Source: Escherichia coli (GTDB lineage: Bacteria; Pseudomonadota; Gammaproteobacteria; Enterobacterales; Enterobacteriaceae). Taken from it: a stretch of 64,000 nucleotides of DNA. Position numbers and translations under genes: made by a program. Shown piece by piece: positions 11,954 to 29,772 of the stretch (its first letter is position 1; each line of letters begins with the position of its first letter). Under the pieces are notes generated by a model. The model had not been told where the DNA came from. It saw nothing but the letters and a program-made list of their open reading frames with translations, and made no database searches. The stretch lies in NCBI RefSeq assembly GCF_003334315.1, contig NZ_QOWR01000014.1; one strand, written 5' to 3'.

Positions 11954-14659
11954 TTATTGCAGGCGGCCATGGCACTGCTTGTATTTTTTACCAGAACCGC
12001 ACGGGCAAGGATCGTTACGTCCTACTTTGCGCTCTCCGGTTTGCGCCGCCAGTGCAGCTGCGGCTGCAGAGTCGTCATCCTGATGGCTAAGCTGCTGCAT
12101 TTGCGCTAAACGCTCGGCTTCCATACGACGCTGTTGTTCCAGCTCCTCAACCTCTTCAGGCATACGTACCTGAACTTTGCTCAGCGTACTGATAACTTCA
12201 TATTTCAACGACTCCAGCATCGCTGCAAACATGGAGAACGATTCACGTTTGTATTCCTGCTTCGGATCTTTCTGTGCGTAGCCACGCAGGTGGATACCCT
12301 GACGCAGATAGTCCATCGCTGCCAGGTGCTCTTTCCACAGGGAGTCAAGCGTTTGCAGCATGACGCCTTTCTCGAAGTGACGCATCATCTCAGCACCAAC
12401 CACTTCTTCTTTACGCTGATACACTTCGATGGACTGCGCCAGAATGCGCTCACGCAGCGTCTCTTCATGCAGTTCTGGTTCTTTATCCAGCCACTCGGCA
12501 ATTGGCAAATCGAGGTCGAAATCGTTCTTCAGACGTTCCTGCAGCCCCGGAATATCCCACATTTCTTCCAGCGACTGTGGTGGAATGTAGGCATCAATGG
12601 TCGCTTTGAACACATCTTCACGAATGCTGTTAATGGTTTCGCTCACATCGCTGACATCCAACAGTTCGTTACGCTGGGAGTAAATGGCGCGACGCTGATC
12701 GTTAGCCACGTCATCATATTCCAGCAGTTGCTTACGAATGTCGAAGTTACGGCTTTCAACTTTACGCTGGGCGTTGGCAATCGCTTTAGTCACCCACGGG
12801 TGTTCAATGGCTTCGCCTGGCTTCATACCCAGTTTACGCATCATGCCGGATACTCGGTCGGAAGCAAAAATACGCATCAGCGCATCTTCCATCGACAGGT
12901 AGAAACGGGAAGAACCAGCATCCCCCTGACGACCAGAACGACCGCGCAACTGGTTATCGATACGACGGGATTCGTGACGCTCGGTACCGATGATATGCAG
13001 GCCACCTGCTTCCAGTACCGCATCGTGACGTACCTGCCAGTCGGCTTTAATTTTTTCAATTTGCTCTGCGGTCGGATTTTCCAGCGCGGCAACTTCTGCC
13101 TGCCAGCTACCACCGAGCACAATATCTGTACCACGACCCGCCATATTGGTCGCGATAGTCACCGCAGCCGGATAACCTGCCTGAGCAACAATCGCCGCTT
13201 CGTTGGCGTGGAATTTGGCGTTCAGGACGTTGTGCTTAATACCGGCTTTGGTCAGTTCGTTTGACACCAGCTCCGATTTTTCGATGGAGATAGTACCCAC
13301 CAGCACCGGCTGGCCTTTCGCAGTACGTTCTTTGATATCTTCAATGATCGCCTGAATTTTTTCCGCTTCAGTCATGTAGACCAGGTCCGGCAGATCTTTA
13401 CGAATCATTGGACGGTTGGTCGGAACAACGACGGTATCCAGCTTGTAGATTGAGCTAAATTCGAAAGCTTCGGTATCAGCAGTACCGGTCATCCCCGCCA
13501 GTTTTTCATACAGACGGAAGTAGTTCTGGAAGGTGATCGAAGCCAGCGTTTGGTTTTCGTTCTGGATCTGCACACCTTCTTTCGCTTCCACAGCCTGGTG
13601 CAGACCATCGGACCAGCGACGGCCCTGCATGGTACGACCGGTGTGTTCGTCAACGATGATAACTTCACCATCTTTAACGATGTAGTCGACGTCACGGGTA
13701 AACAGCGCATGAGCGCGCAGCGCCGCCGTTACGTGGTGCATCAGCATGATGTTGGCCGGAGAGTACAGAGACTCCCCTTCATCCATGATGCCCTCTTTCA
13801 CCAGCAGTTCTTCAATCAGCACCAGACCACGTTCGGTCAGGTTCACCTGGCGAGATTTTTCGTCCACCGAGAAGTGGCCTTCGCCCTGGAAGGTTTCGGA
13901 GTCTTCTTTTTCCTGACGGATCAGGTGCGGAATAATTTTATTCACGCGTTTATACATTTCCGAGCTGTCTTCTGCCGGGCCGGAAATGATCAGCGGTGTA
14001 CGCGCTTCATCGATCAGGATGGAGTCCACTTCGTCCACCAGCGCATAGTGCAGTTTACGCTGTACACGTTCTTCAGGGCTGAACGCCATGTTGTCGCGCA
14101 GGTAGTCAAAGCCGTATTCGTTGTTCGTACCGTAAGTGATGTCAGCTGCGTAAGCTTCGCGCTTTGCCGGTGCTGGCATGCCCGGCAGGTTGATACCGAC
14201 AGTCAGGCCAAGGAATTCAAACAGCGGACGGTTGTTTTCGGCGTCACGTTGCGCCAGGTAGTCGTTGACGGTAACTACGTGCACGCCTTTACCGGTTAGT
14301 GCGTTCAGGTAAGCAGGCAGCGTTGCGGTCAGGGTTTTTCCTTCACCGGTACGCATTTCGGCGATGCAGCGTTCGTTAAGAACCATACCGCCGAGTAACT
14401 GAACGTCGAAGTGACGCATACCAAAGACGCGCTTACTTGCCTCACGTACCACGGCGAAAGCTTCCGGGATCAGATTTTCCAGCACTTCGCCTTTTTCCAG
14501 ACGTGCACGAAACTCTGCGGTTTTCCCTTTCAGTTCTTCGTCGGAGAGTTTTTCCATCTCCGGTTCCATGGCATTGATGATGTTGACCACTTTGCGCATC
14601 CGGCGCAGGGTGCGATCGTTACGACTACCGAAAACTTTAGTTAACAATTTGATTAGCAT
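11954..14659 (-). CDS. secA: Preprotein translocase ATPase SecA, 901 aa
   Basis: Full-length [50 protein letters not shown]...; C-terminal zinc-binding [14 protein letters not shown]. Confidence 0.97.
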
Positions 14660-14720
14660 AATAAAATCTCAAACGCCCCGCGTTGCGGAGTTAATAAAAT
14701 GAAGTAAAGGTTTATTGTTG

Positions 14721-15401
<681 letters not shown>

Positions 15402-15463
15402 TCACCTGGCCGGAGAGAGTGCCAGATTTGCCAGTCGAATTTTATACGACAGTATAAATGTCG

Positions 15464-16402
<939 letters not shown>

Positions 16403-16481
16403 CTATCCAACCGAAGTGTACTATACATTCGGCGGGCCAGTTTAGCACAAAGAGCCTCGAAACCCAAATTCCAGTCAATTC

Positions 16482-17633
16482 TTAATCAGCTTGCTTACGC
16501 AGGAATGCTGGGATATCCAGATAATCCGGCTCTTTCGCAGTTTGCGGCGCATTGTCATTCACGACTTTAGCAACCGGCTTCTGCTCCTGGGTCAGCGGAG
16601 CCATCCCATGCTGCTGGTAGCGATCCATCACTGGCTGCTGAACCTGCTTATTGGTCACCAGAGTGATTTCAGGACGTTTGTCCATGCCGATACCTGTCGC
16701 AACAACGGTTACGCGCAGCTCGTCATTCATATCCGGGTCAAGAGAAGTACCGATAACCACAGTCGCGTTGTCGGAAGCAAATGCACGGATGGTGTTACCT
16801 ACCGTTTCGAACTCATCCAGACGCAGGTCGAAGCCCGCCGTGATGTTAACCAGCACGCCGCGCGCGCCAGACAGGTCGATATCTTCCAGCAGCGGAGAAG
16901 AGATAGCCATTTCAGCAGCTTCTTCCGCACGGTCTTCACCGCTCGCCACGCCAGAACCCATCATTGCGTAGCCCATCTCAGACATTACGGTGCGTACGTC
17001 TGCAAAGTCCACGTTCATCAAACCCGGACGAGTAATCAGTTCAGCGATACCTTGCACAGCGCCTTTCAGTACATCGTTCGCTGCGCCAAACGCATCCAGC
17101 AGGGAGATACCGCGGCCCAGAACTTTCAGCAGTTTGTCGTTCGGGATAGTGATCAGAGAGTCCACATGCTTGGACAGTTCAGTGATCCCCTGCTCCGCGA
17201 ATGCCATACGCTTCTTGCCTTCAAAGTTGAAAGGCTTAGTGACGACAGCAACGGTCAGGATACCCAAATCTTTTGCCACTTCAGCGACGACTGGTGCTGC
17301 ACCTGTACCGGTACCACCACCCATACCCGCAGCAATAAAGACCATGTCTGCACCTTCCAGCGCCGCACGCAATGCATCGCGATCCTCATCAGCCGCATTG
17401 CGGCCAACTTCTGGATTAGCGCCAGCGCCCAGTCCTTTGGTGATACCGCTACCGATTTGAATCGTCTGTCCAACCGCTGTTTTACGCAGCGCTTGTGCAT
17501 CGGTATTTACCGCGAAGAATTCAACACCTTCAATGCGCTCGCGCACCATGTGTTCAACAGCATTACCGCCGCCGCCGCCGACGCCGATGACTTTAATCAC
17601 CGCGTCATTGGTAAGTTCCATTGGTTCAAACAT
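16482..17633 (-). CDS. ftsZ: Cell-division tubulin homologue FtsZ, 383 aa
   Basis: [30 protein letters not shown]... with the GGGTGTG tubulin signature. Confidence 0.97.
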
Positions 17634-17693
17634 AGTTTCTCTCCGATTTGTGCCTGTCGCCTGAGGCCGTAATCATCGTCGGCCTCATAAAAA

Positions 17694-18956
17694 TTAAAAC
17701 TCTTTTCGCAGCCAACTATTGAGTCGCTTGATCCACGAGCCAACTGATGCTGTAACACGTTTTTCTACTTCAGCTTCACCGTTAAGATGTGACTCTTTCC
17801 CATAGTGAAGCAATCCCACCGCCGTCGAATAATACGGCTCCTGAGCATAATCCGTTAAACCGGTAATGTTCAGCGGCGCGCCGATACGCACTTGCGTATG
17901 AAACACGCGCTGAGCACAGGCTGCAAGACCTTCGATCTGCGCTGCGCCACCGGTTAATACAATGCCTGCCGCCAGGTGATGTTTAACCCCTTGTTGGCGA
18001 AGCTTTTCCTGCAACTGCAATATCTCTTCGTTGACCAGGTTGAGCAGCTCGGTATAGCGCGGCTCGATCACCTCTGCCAGTGTCTGACGTTGCAGACTCC
18101 GTGGCGGACGACCACCTACGCTCGGCACTTCCACGCTCTCATCTTTTCCAACGATGGAACCCAGCGCACAACCGTGGCGAACTTTAATCGCTTCGGCGTC
18201 GCTTGGCGGCGTGCCAAAGGCGTAAGCGATATCACTGGTCACGACATTGCCAGCATAAGGAATTACCTTAGTGTGGCGCAATGCCCCACCGGTATAAACG
18301 GCGATATCCATTGTACCACCACCGATATCGACGACGCAGACACCCAGTTCACGTTCATCTTCCGTCAATACCGAATAACTTGATGCCAGTCCGGCAAATA
18401 TCAGTTGGTCAACTTTCAGCCCACAACGTTCAACCGCTTTGACGATGTTTTTCGCCATATCGTTGTGACATGTGATCAGGTGCACTTTTGCCTGCATCCG
18501 CACGCCCGAAAGTCCTACCGGATTCTTGATCCCTTCCTGATAGTCAATCGCATACTCTTGCGGGATCACATGCAGCACACGATGCTCATCGCGCACACGC
18601 ACCGATTTCGCGGTATGGACGACGTTTTCCACATCTTCTTGCGTTACTTCTTCTTCAGAAATAGGCACCATACCAATTTCATTCTGGCAGCTGATATGCT
18701 TACCAGAAAGCGCCAGATATACCGAAGAGATCTGACAATCTGCCATCAATTCTGCCTGGTCAATGGCGCGCTGTACGCACTTGACCACGGATTCGAGGTC
18801 GTTCACCCCGCCTTTATCCATACCACGCGACGGGCAGCTGCCCACGCCAATGATATTGACCATACCGTCGGGCAGAACTTCCCCTACTAAAGCGGCAACC
18901 TTCGCGGTACCAATCTCCAGTCCTACTACCAGTTTTCTGTCCGTCGCCTTGATCAT
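17694..18956 (-). CDS. ftsA: Cell-division protein FtsA (actin-like ATPase), 420 aa
   Basis: Full-length [42 protein letters not shown]... Confidence 0.96.
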   Translation of the reverse strand: MIKATDRKLVVGLEIGTAKVAALVGEVLPDGMVNIIGVGSCPSRGMDKGGVNDLESVVKCVQRAIDQAELMADCQISSVYLALSGKHISCQNEIGMVPISEEEVTQEDVENVVHTAKSVRVRDEHRVLHVIPQEYAIDYQEGIKNPVGLSGVRMQAKVHLITCHNDMAKNIVKAVERCGLKVDQLIFAGLASSYSVLTEDERELGVCVVDIGGGTMDIAVYTGGALRHTKVIPYAGNVVTSDIAYAFGTPPSDAEAIKVRHGCALGSIVGKDESVEVPSVGGRPPRSLQRQTLAEVIEPRYTELLNLVNEEILQLQEKLRQQGVKHHLAAGIVLTGGAAQIEGLAACAQRVFHTQVRIGAPLNITGLTDYAQEPYYSTAVGLLHYGKESHLNGEAEVEKRVTASVGSWIKRLNSWLRKEF

Positions 18957-19783
18957 TGTTGTTCTGCCTGTGCCTGATTTTGTTGCTGAGTAGATTCCTC
19001 TGGCGGCAAGGGCGCCCAGCCTACTGCCGCTCCAGAGTCATAACGCAAATCAACGTAGCTAATCCGTTTGCCATCGGTTTGCGCCTGCTGCTGTAAAACC
19101 GGATAAAGTTCTACAAAGCGAGCCAAACGTTTCATCGTATCGCCCCGGCCAAGATTGAGCTTAATATCGTTATTCAGCGTCAACTGCCAGGAACGCCGCG
19201 CGGTCATCGCCGCTTCCTTCAGAGTAAATCTGTCCTTTGCCAGCATCTGCCCCATTTCGCGATAGCCCTGCAACACTTCATTAGCGCTGCCTTCCGGGCC
19301 ATACAGCATTGGAAGCACCTGCTTGCTGGTGCGATCTGGCGGCACGCTGAAGGTGTTTCCTTCCGCGTCTACCATGTGTTGATCATTCCACCGCGCAATC
19401 GGCACATATTCAACCAGATGAATCTTCAATTCATCAGGCCACTGCTTTCTGACGCTCACCTGCTTAATCCACGGCAGGCGTTGTTCTATTTGCGTCTGGA
19501 TGATGTTGACATCCTGGGTCATAAAGGTACCCGGCTCACCCAATGCCAGGATCGACTGCCGGATATCGTCATTACGCGTGTAATGGCGTTCACCGGTCAA
19601 CACCAGCTTTGAGAGCGGCAGGCGTTGCGCATCTTCCATCCAGCCCAACACGACCCAGCCGCTCACCAACACTGTCGTTAAAACGGTCAGCAGGAAAAGG
19701 ATCCCCGCCAGACGCGTTCCATTATTGCGGCGAGAAGAAACCTCTTCTTCGCTATTTCGCGTGTTCAGAGCAGCCTGCGACAT
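18953..19783 (-). CDS. ftsQ: Cell-division protein FtsQ, 276 aa
   Basis: Full-length ORF with a single N-terminal transmembrane segment; stop overlaps the ftsA start. Confidence 0.95.
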   Translation of the reverse strand: MSQAALNTRNSEEEVSSRRNNGTRLAGILFLLTVLTTVLVSGWVVLGWMEDAQRLPLSKLVLTGERHYTRNDDIRQSILALGEPGTFMTQDVNIIQTQIEQRLPWIKQVSVRKQWPDELKIHLVEYVPIARWNDQHMVDAEGNTFSVPPDRTSKQVLPMLYGPEGSANEVLQGYREMGQMLAKDRFTLKEAAMTARRSWQLTLNNDIKLNLGRGDTMKRLARFVELYPVLQQQAQTDGKRISYVDLRYDSGAAVGWAPLPPEESTQQQNQAQAEQQ

Positions 19784-19784
19784 A

Positions 19785-22173
<2,389 letters not shown>

Positions 22174-22226
22174 TCTTTACGCCATTAACTTCTTAAATTC
22201 ATACGATGCAAAAGGCATCGCTACAA

Positions 22227-23294
22227 TTACGCCCGGGCAACCCGGCTCACTTCATTTGCCACTCGCTCGGTGGCATCCGGAATGGATGCAGCGCGGGCGC
22301 GTTCTGCCATGGTTAATAAGGTTTCTCGCGACCACCCGGCCAGGGTGTTGGCGACAGCATCCACGCTAAGCTGTGGCTGCTCGATAATTTTGGCTGCGCC
22401 CGCTTTTTCCAGCGGTAGCGCATTCCAGTATTGCTGGCGGTCTTTATGTTGAAACGGCACAAACAACGCCGGTAGTCCTGCCGCGGCGATTTCACTCACC
22501 GTTAACGCACCGGAGCGGCAAACGACGACATCCGCCCACGCATACGCCGCCGCCATATCATCAATAAATTCCGTCACTTTATGCTGCGGTTGCCCCGCTT
22601 CGGCATACGCCTGTTCAACGGATTGTTGCGAACCTTTGCCGCTCTGATGCCAGATAGTGACTGAATCACCCAGTTTCGCAGCAACCTGCGGCATTGTCTG
22701 GTTAAGAATGCGTGCGCCCTGAGAACCACCCACTACCAGCACACGAACCGGACCTTCACGTCCAGCCAAACGTTGCTGCGGCAACGGCAGCGCCAACACA
22801 TCGGTACGCACCGGGTTACCCACTACTTCCGCATTAGGGAAAGCACCTGGAAACGCCTGCATCACTTTGGTGGCAATCTTCGCCAGCCATTTATTGGTTA
22901 AGCCCGCAATACCGTTTTGTTCATGAAGTACAACCGGAATGCCTAACGACCACGCGGCCAGACCACCTGGACCTGACACGTAGCCTCCCATACCGAGCAC
23001 CACGTCAGGTTTGTACGCTTTCATAATCGCCCGCGCCTGACGCCAGGCGTTGAAGATACGCAGCGGGGCAGCTATCAGTGCTTTTATACCTTTTCCACGC
23101 AGACCAGAGATACGAATGAAATCAATTTCGATGCCATGTTTTGGCACTAAGTCCGCTTCCATACGGTCGGCAGTCCCCAGCCAGCGAACTTGCCAACCCT
23201 GAGCCATTAGATGGTGCGCAACCGCCAGTCCCGGGAATACATGTCCACCGGTTCCGCCTGCCATCACCATTAATCGCTTTCCTTGACCACTCAT
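22227..23294 (-). CDS. murG: Lipid II synthase (UDP-GlcNAc transferase) MurG, 355 aa
   Basis: Full-length [37 protein letters not shown]... Confidence 0.96.
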
Positions 23295-24535
23295 CGTGAA
23301 CCTCGTACAAACGCCTGCGCTTTCTCCAGACGCGTTTCATAATCAATACGCAACAGCATCATGATGGCTGTCGACATAATCAGTAAGCTCGAACCACCGT
23401 AACTGATCAGCGGCAATGTCAGACCTTTGGTCGGTAACATCCCCGCCGCCGCGCCTACGTTAACCAGCGCCTGGAAGCTAAACCAGATGCCAATAGAACA
23501 GGCGAGAAAACCGGAAAAACGGTGGTCAATTTCTAATGCTTTACGGCCAATCGACATCGCGCGAAAAGCGACGAAGAATACCATTAAAAGTGCCAGCACC
23601 ACACCGACATACCCCAGTTCTTCGCCGATAATGGCGAAAATAAAGTCAGTGTGCGCTTCCGGCAGATACTCCAGTTTTTGTACCGAGTTACCTAAACCTT
23701 GCCCCCAAAGTTCGCCGCGACCAAACGCCATCAGCGATTGCGTTAACTGATAGCCGCTGCCAAAGGGATCTTCCCACGGGTTCCAGAATGCGGTAACACG
23801 GCGGATACGGTACGGTTCGGCGAGTATCAGCAACACAACCGCTGAAATGCCCATACCGATAATGGCAATGAACTGCCACAATTTCGCTCCCGCCAGGAAC
23901 AACATCGCCAGCGTAGTCACAAACAACACCACCACCGTACCAAGGTCTGGCTGTGCCAGCAGTAACACTGCCAACACCAGAATCACGCCCATCGGTTTCA
24001 GGAAGCCGCGCAGGTTATTACGTACTTCGTCGCCTTTACGCACCAGATAGTTGGCGATATAGCAAAACAGCGACAGTTTTGTCAGCTCCGCAGGCTGGAT
24101 ACGCAGCAAACCGAGATCGATCCAACGCGATGCCCCTTTAACCGAGCTACCCACTACCAGGACGATCATCAGCAGGATGATAGATCCGAGCAGCATCGTG
24201 GCACTGTAGCGTTGCCAGAACTCCATCGGCAGACGCAGCGTAATGATCGCCAGAATAAACGCCAAAATCAGATAGACACCATCACGCTTCGCGAAGAAGA
24301 ACGGATCGTTGGTTAAGCGTTGCCCTATGGGCATTGACGCCGAGGTCACCATGATAAAGCCAATCGCCGCGAGGCCGAAGGTCAGCCACAGTAAGGTGCG
24401 ATCGTACATGATCAGGCTGTCGGTATCTTTTTCCCGCGAGCCCATCACCCAGCCCTTTAGCGCCGTGGAGATCCAGACCAGGATACTGAATCCTGGCAGG
24501 CGCGGCATTTTCAGGCGAGGGAGAGATAAACGCAT
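23291..24535 (-). CDS. ftsW: Peptidoglycan glycosyltransferase / cell-division protein FtsW (SEDS), 414 aa
   Basis: ORF 23291..24538 begins at an upstream TTG; ATG at 24533-24535 gives [16 protein letters not shown]... and overlaps the murD stop. Confidence 0.93.
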
Positions 24536-25851
24536 CAACCTAACTCCTTCGCCAGACGGGCAAACTCATTGCCTCGTTGTTCAAAGTTCTTGAACTGATC
24601 AAGGCTGGCACAGGCTGGGGAGAGCAGAACCATATCGCCCGGCTGAACACGCGGAGCCAGCAAGCGCATCGCCTGTTCCATAGTTTCGGTTTGTTCTGCC
24701 ACTTCCGGGCGTAGCGCCGCCAGCTGCGCGCCGTCACGACCGAAACAATACAGACGTACGTTATCGCCATTCAGGTAACGCGCCAGTGGGCTAAAGTCCG
24801 CCGATTTACCATCGCCACCCAGCAACAAATGCAGTGTGCCGTCTACGTGCAGGCCATTCAGCGCCGCTTCCGTACTGCCGACGTTGGTCGCTTTCGAATC
24901 GTTAATCCAACGTACGCCGTTATGCTCCAGCACAACTTCAAAGCGATGCGGCAGACCAGTGAATGTGGTTAACGCTTTCAGGCTGCTGGCACGCGGTAAC
25001 CCTGCAGCATCTGCCAGCGCCAGCGCCGCCAGCGCATTGGTGTAGTTATGCTGCCCGGAAAGTTTCATCTCTTTCACATTCAGCACTTTCTCGCCTTTAA
25101 CCCGCAGCCAGGTTTCGCCCTGCTGATGATTCAGGTGATAGTCACCCATGTTGACGCCAAAGCTGACGCAGCGTTCATCCGCACCGCGAATCGGCATTGT
25201 TAAGGCATCATCAGCATTAACCACGCAAACTTTCGCGTTTTCGTAAATGCGCAGTTTTGCTGCACGATACTGTTGTAAACCAAACGGATAGCGATCCATA
25301 TGATCTTCAGTCACGTTCAGAATGGTCGCTGCTACCGCCTGTAAGCTGGAGGTGGTTTCCAGCTGGAAGCTCGACAGTTCCAGCACGTACAGTTCACACT
25401 CATCATCCAGTAGCATCAACGCAGGCAGGCCAATATTGCCACCCACACCAACGTTAACCCCCGCCGCTTTCGCCATTTCACCCACTAGCGTGGTGACCGT
25501 GCTTTTGCCGTTAGAACCGGTAATCGCCACAATCGGTGCTTGTGCTTCGCGACAGAACAGCTCGATATCGCCAACGATTTCGATTCCGGCATCAGCGGCA
25601 GCGCTTAAGGATGGATGCGCCAGTGCAATACCGGGACTGGCGACAATCAGATCTGCCGCCATCAGCCATTCATCATTCAGACTGCCCGTGTGGCGTTCTA
25701 CGGCTTCGGGTAATTTATCCAGGCCAGGCGGTGTCATACGCGTATCCATAACGCGCGGCGTCACACCGCGAGCGAGGAAAAAGTCCACGCAGGAAAGCCC
25801 GGTGAGGCCCAGGCCGATAATGACGACATTTTTACCCTGATAATCAGCCAT
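24535..25851 (-). CDS. murD: UDP-N-acetylmuramoylalanine--D-glutamate ligase MurD, 438 aa
   Basis: Full-length [33 protein letters not shown]... Confidence 0.96.
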
Positions 25852-25853
25852 GA

Positions 25854-26936
25854 TTAACGTACCTTCAGCGTTGCCAGACCAATCAGAACCAGCATCAGCG
25901 AAATAATCCAGAAACGCACAATGACGCGCGGTTCCGGCCAGCCTTTCAGTTCATAGTGGTGATGAATCGGTGCCATGCGGAAAATACGTTGTCCGCGCAG
26001 TTTAAAGGAGCCGACCTGCAGGATGACAGAAAGCGTTTCTACCACGAACACGCCCCCCATAATCACCAGCAGGAATTCCTGACGTAGCAGTACGGCGATA
26101 ATGCCTAACGCACCACCTAACGCCAGCGAACCTACATCGCCCATAAAGACCTGCGCCGGATAGGTGTTAAACCACAGGAAGCCCAGTCCTGCCCCGACTA
26201 TCGCGGTACAGACAATAACCAGTTCCCCGGCGTGTCGCAGATACGGTATATGCAAGTAGCTGGCAAAGTTCATATTGCCGGTCGCCCACGCCACCAGCGC
26301 AAAACCACCGGCGACAAATACGGTCGGCATAATTGCCAGGCCGTCGAGACCATCGGTCAGGTTTACCGCGTTGCCAGTACCCACAATGACGAAGTAAGCC
26401 AGCAGAATGTAGAACAGCCCCAGCTGCGGCATCACATCTTTAAAGAATGGGACCACCAGCTGCGTTGCGGGCGTGTCTTTGCCGGCAAGGTACAGGGCGA
26501 AGGCGACACCCAGCGCAATGACCGACATCCAGAAATACTTCCAACGAGCGATCAACCCTTTGGTGTCTTTACGCACCACTTTGCGATAATCATCAACAAA
26601 GCCAATAACACCGTAACCTACCAGCACCACCAACACGCACCAGACGTACGGATTGGACGGGTAAGCCCACAGCAGTACGGAGATCACAATCGCCGTCAGG
26701 ATCATAATCCCGCCCATGGTCGGCGTACCGCGCTTGCTGAAGTGTGATTCAGGACCGTCGTTACGCACCACCTGACCAAAGGAAAGTTTTTGCAAATGAG
26801 CAATCATACGCGGGCCCATCCACAATGAGATGAACAGCGCGGTCAGCAGGCTGACGATGGCGCGAAACGTCAGATAGGAAAAGACGTTAAAGCCGGAATA
26901 ATATTTGACCAAATGTTCGGCCAGCCAAACTAACAT
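25854..26936 (-). CDS. mraY: Phospho-N-acetylmuramoyl-pentapeptide transferase MraY, 360 aa
   Basis: Full-length polytopic membrane [34 protein letters not shown]... Confidence 0.96.
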
Positions 26937-28288
26937 GTCCCATTCTCCTGTAAAGCGCGTACTACCTCTTCCATGGCGGCACTACGTGAACCCTTAACTA
27001 AAATCGTAATTACCTGTTGCTCAGCAATCAGTAATTTAAGACGCGTAATTAACGCAGTTTTATCAGCAAAATGTTCGCCAACGCCGCTGGCGGTGCTGAT
27101 AGCATGGCTTTGTTTACCCACGCTTAACACGCGGTCAATACCAGCAGCTTTTGCCGCCTCGCCCACCTGTACATGGCAGGCTTCGCTTTCAGCGCCCAGT
27201 TCCGCCATATCGCCCACCACCAGCACGCGGTAGCCCGGCATTTCAGCCAGTACCTGGACTGCTGCAGTCATTGAACCGACATTGGCGTTGTAGGAGTCGT
27301 CGAGCAGCAACTGGTTTTCTGCCAGTTGGATGGGGAACAGACGGCCTGGAACAGCTTTCAGATTTGCCAGCCCCGCTTTGATAGCATCAAGCGTTGCGCC
27401 CACGGACATGGAGAGCGCAGCGGCTGCCAGCGCATTCGCAATATTGTGACGCCCCGGCAACGGCAGCAGAACATCGACGCTACCGGTTGGGGTTTGTAGG
27501 GTAAATTCCATACCGTGCGAGGTCACATGGATATTGGTGGCGGTGAAATCGCTGTTGGCGGCATTGGGTGAGAAACGCCACACTTTGCGTGAGCCAATTA
27601 CGCTCTGCCAGTTCAGCCAGTCGTTGTTGTCGGCGTTCATAATGGCGATACCGTTTTCCGGCAGGCCGCTAAAGATTTCACCTTTCGCTTTCGCGACACC
27701 CGCAAGCGAGCCAAAACCTTCCAGATGCGCCGCTGCCAGGTTGTTGACCAGCGCAGCTTCCGGGCGAGTCAGACTCACAGTCCAGGCTATTTCGCCCTGA
27801 TGGTTCGCGCCAAGTTCAATAACTGCGTAATCGTATTCCGGCGTTAAGCGCAACAGCGTCATCGGTACACCGATGTCGTTGTTGAGATTGCCTGCCGTAT
27901 AAAGCGTGTTGCCGCACTGGCTTAAAATCGCCGCCGTCATCTCTTTAACGGAGGTTTTGCCGGAGGACCCCGTCAGAGCAACCACGCGCGCCGGAACTTG
28001 CTGGCGAACCCATGCAGCCAGTTCACCAAACGCCAGACGCGTATCCTTGACGATTAACTGCGGCAGGTCGATGTCCAGCGGACGGCTAACCAGTAGTGCG
28101 CCTGCGCCGCCAGCTTTCGCCTGGTCGGCAAAATCGTGGGCATCAAAACGTTCGCCTTTCAGGGCAACAAACAGGCAGCCCGGCGTCAGTTTTCGGGTAT
28201 CAGTGGTTACAGCATCAAGGGTGATATCTGCACCTTGCAGTTCACCGTTGAGAATGTCGGTAAGTTGGCTAAGGGTTACGCTAATCAT
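26930..28288 (-). CDS. murF: UDP-MurNAc-tripeptide--D-Ala-D-Ala ligase MurF, 452 aa
   Basis: Full-length [37 protein letters not shown]... Confidence 0.96.
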
Positions 28289-29772
28289 GCAATCACCCCC
28301 AGCAGACGCGCCACCGTGACGCGATCGGAGTAGTCCAGACGCTGATTGCCAACAATCTGGTAATCTTCATGGCCTTTGCCCGCGACCAGTACCACATCAT
28401 TCTCTTTAGCCTGCATAACGGCGCAAGTCACCGCTTCAGCACGGCCTTCCATCACTTTGGCATGTCCGGCATCTAACATTCCCGCCAGAATATCGTTGAT
28501 GATGGCACGCGGTTCTTCGGTACGCGGGTTATCGTCCGTCACCACCGCCACGTCAGCAAACTCTTCGGCAATTGCGCCCATCAGTGGACGCTTACCTTTA
28601 TCGCGATCGCCACCACAGCCAAAGACACACCACAGCTTGCCCGCACAGTGCAGACGCGCCGCCTGTAAGGCTTTTTCCAGTGCATCCGGCGTATGCGCGT
28701 AATCCACCACCACCGTCGGTTTGCCTGGCGCAGTGAACACTTCCATACGTCCGCAAACCGGTTGCAGACGCGCGGCGGTTTTCAGCAGATCAGCCAGTGG
28801 ATAGCCGAGTGCCAACAGTGTCGCCAGCGCGAGCAGCAGGTTGCTGACGTTAAAAGCGCCCATCAGATGGCTTTCAATTTCGCCATCGCCCCAACTTGAG
28901 CTAAAGCGAATCGTCGCACCGCTGTCGTGATAGTTCACTTCGGTCGCTTTCAACCAGCGTCCGTGACAGTTCGGATTAATATGATCTTCCATTGATACCG
29001 CAACCGCGTCCGGCAGTTTTGCCAGCCAGCGGCGGCCCACTTCATCGTCGGCGTTAATAATCGCCTGACCGCAATGATGCTCAGAATAAAGCAGCCATTT
29101 CGCGGCTTCGTAGTGTTCCATATCACCATGATAATCAAGGTGATCGCGGCTTAAGTTGGTAAAGACCGACGCCGCAAATTTCAATGCCGCCACACGGTGC
29201 TGTACCAGCCCGTGGGAGGAAACTTCCATTGCGCAAAACGTCGCGCCCTGATCCACCAGCCCCGCCAGCTCATGCTGAACATCGACTGCCGAACCGGTTG
29301 TATTTTCTGTCGGGATCACTTTCCCCAGCAGGCCGTTACCAACGGTGCCCATTACCGCGCTGGTTTCGCCAAGCAGTTGGCTCCACTGCGCCAACAGCTG
29401 GGTAGTCGTGGTTTTGCCGTTGGTGCCCGTTACGCCCACGAGACGTAAATTGTCAGAGGGTTCATGGTAAAAGCGGCCCGCCAGTGCAGATAAACGCTCG
29501 TTGAGCTGGCTGAGATAGATGACCGGTACGCCGTGCATTTCACGGATTTCACCATCGGTCGCCTCATCTTTCGCCTCTGCAATAATGGCAGCCACACCTT
29601 GCGCTATCGCCTGCGGGATATATCGACGCCCGTCCGCCTGATGACCTACTACAGCTACAAAGAGATCGCCCGCCGCAGCCACACGGCTGTCGAGTGTCAT
29701 CTCTCGCAGTGCTCGCGAAGGTGCGTCTGGCACCCACGGAGCAAGAAGGTCGCGCAAATTACGATCTGCCAC
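28285..29772 (-). CDS. murE: UDP-MurNAc-L-Ala-D-Glu--meso-diaminopimelate ligase MurE, 495 aa
   Basis: Full-length [47 protein letters not shown]... Confidence 0.96.

Noticed and set aside
12134-14299. Long plus-strand ORFs (376 aa at 12134..13264 and 249 aa at 13550..14299) antisense to secA
   Set aside because: They are codon-aligned reverse frames of secA. The antisense stops TAA, TAG and TGA correspond to sense codons TTA, CTA and TCA, which well-adapted E. coli genes avoid, so the mirror frame stays open by codon bias alone. The translations are low-complexity with no recognisable fold, and secA fully accounts for the DNA.
16491-17672. 393-aa plus-strand ORF covering the whole of ftsZ on the opposite strand, plus smaller ORFs antisense to ftsZ and ftsA
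   Set aside because: Same codon-aligned antisense artefact within a very highly expressed, strongly codon-biased gene; no independent start context or recognisable protein features.
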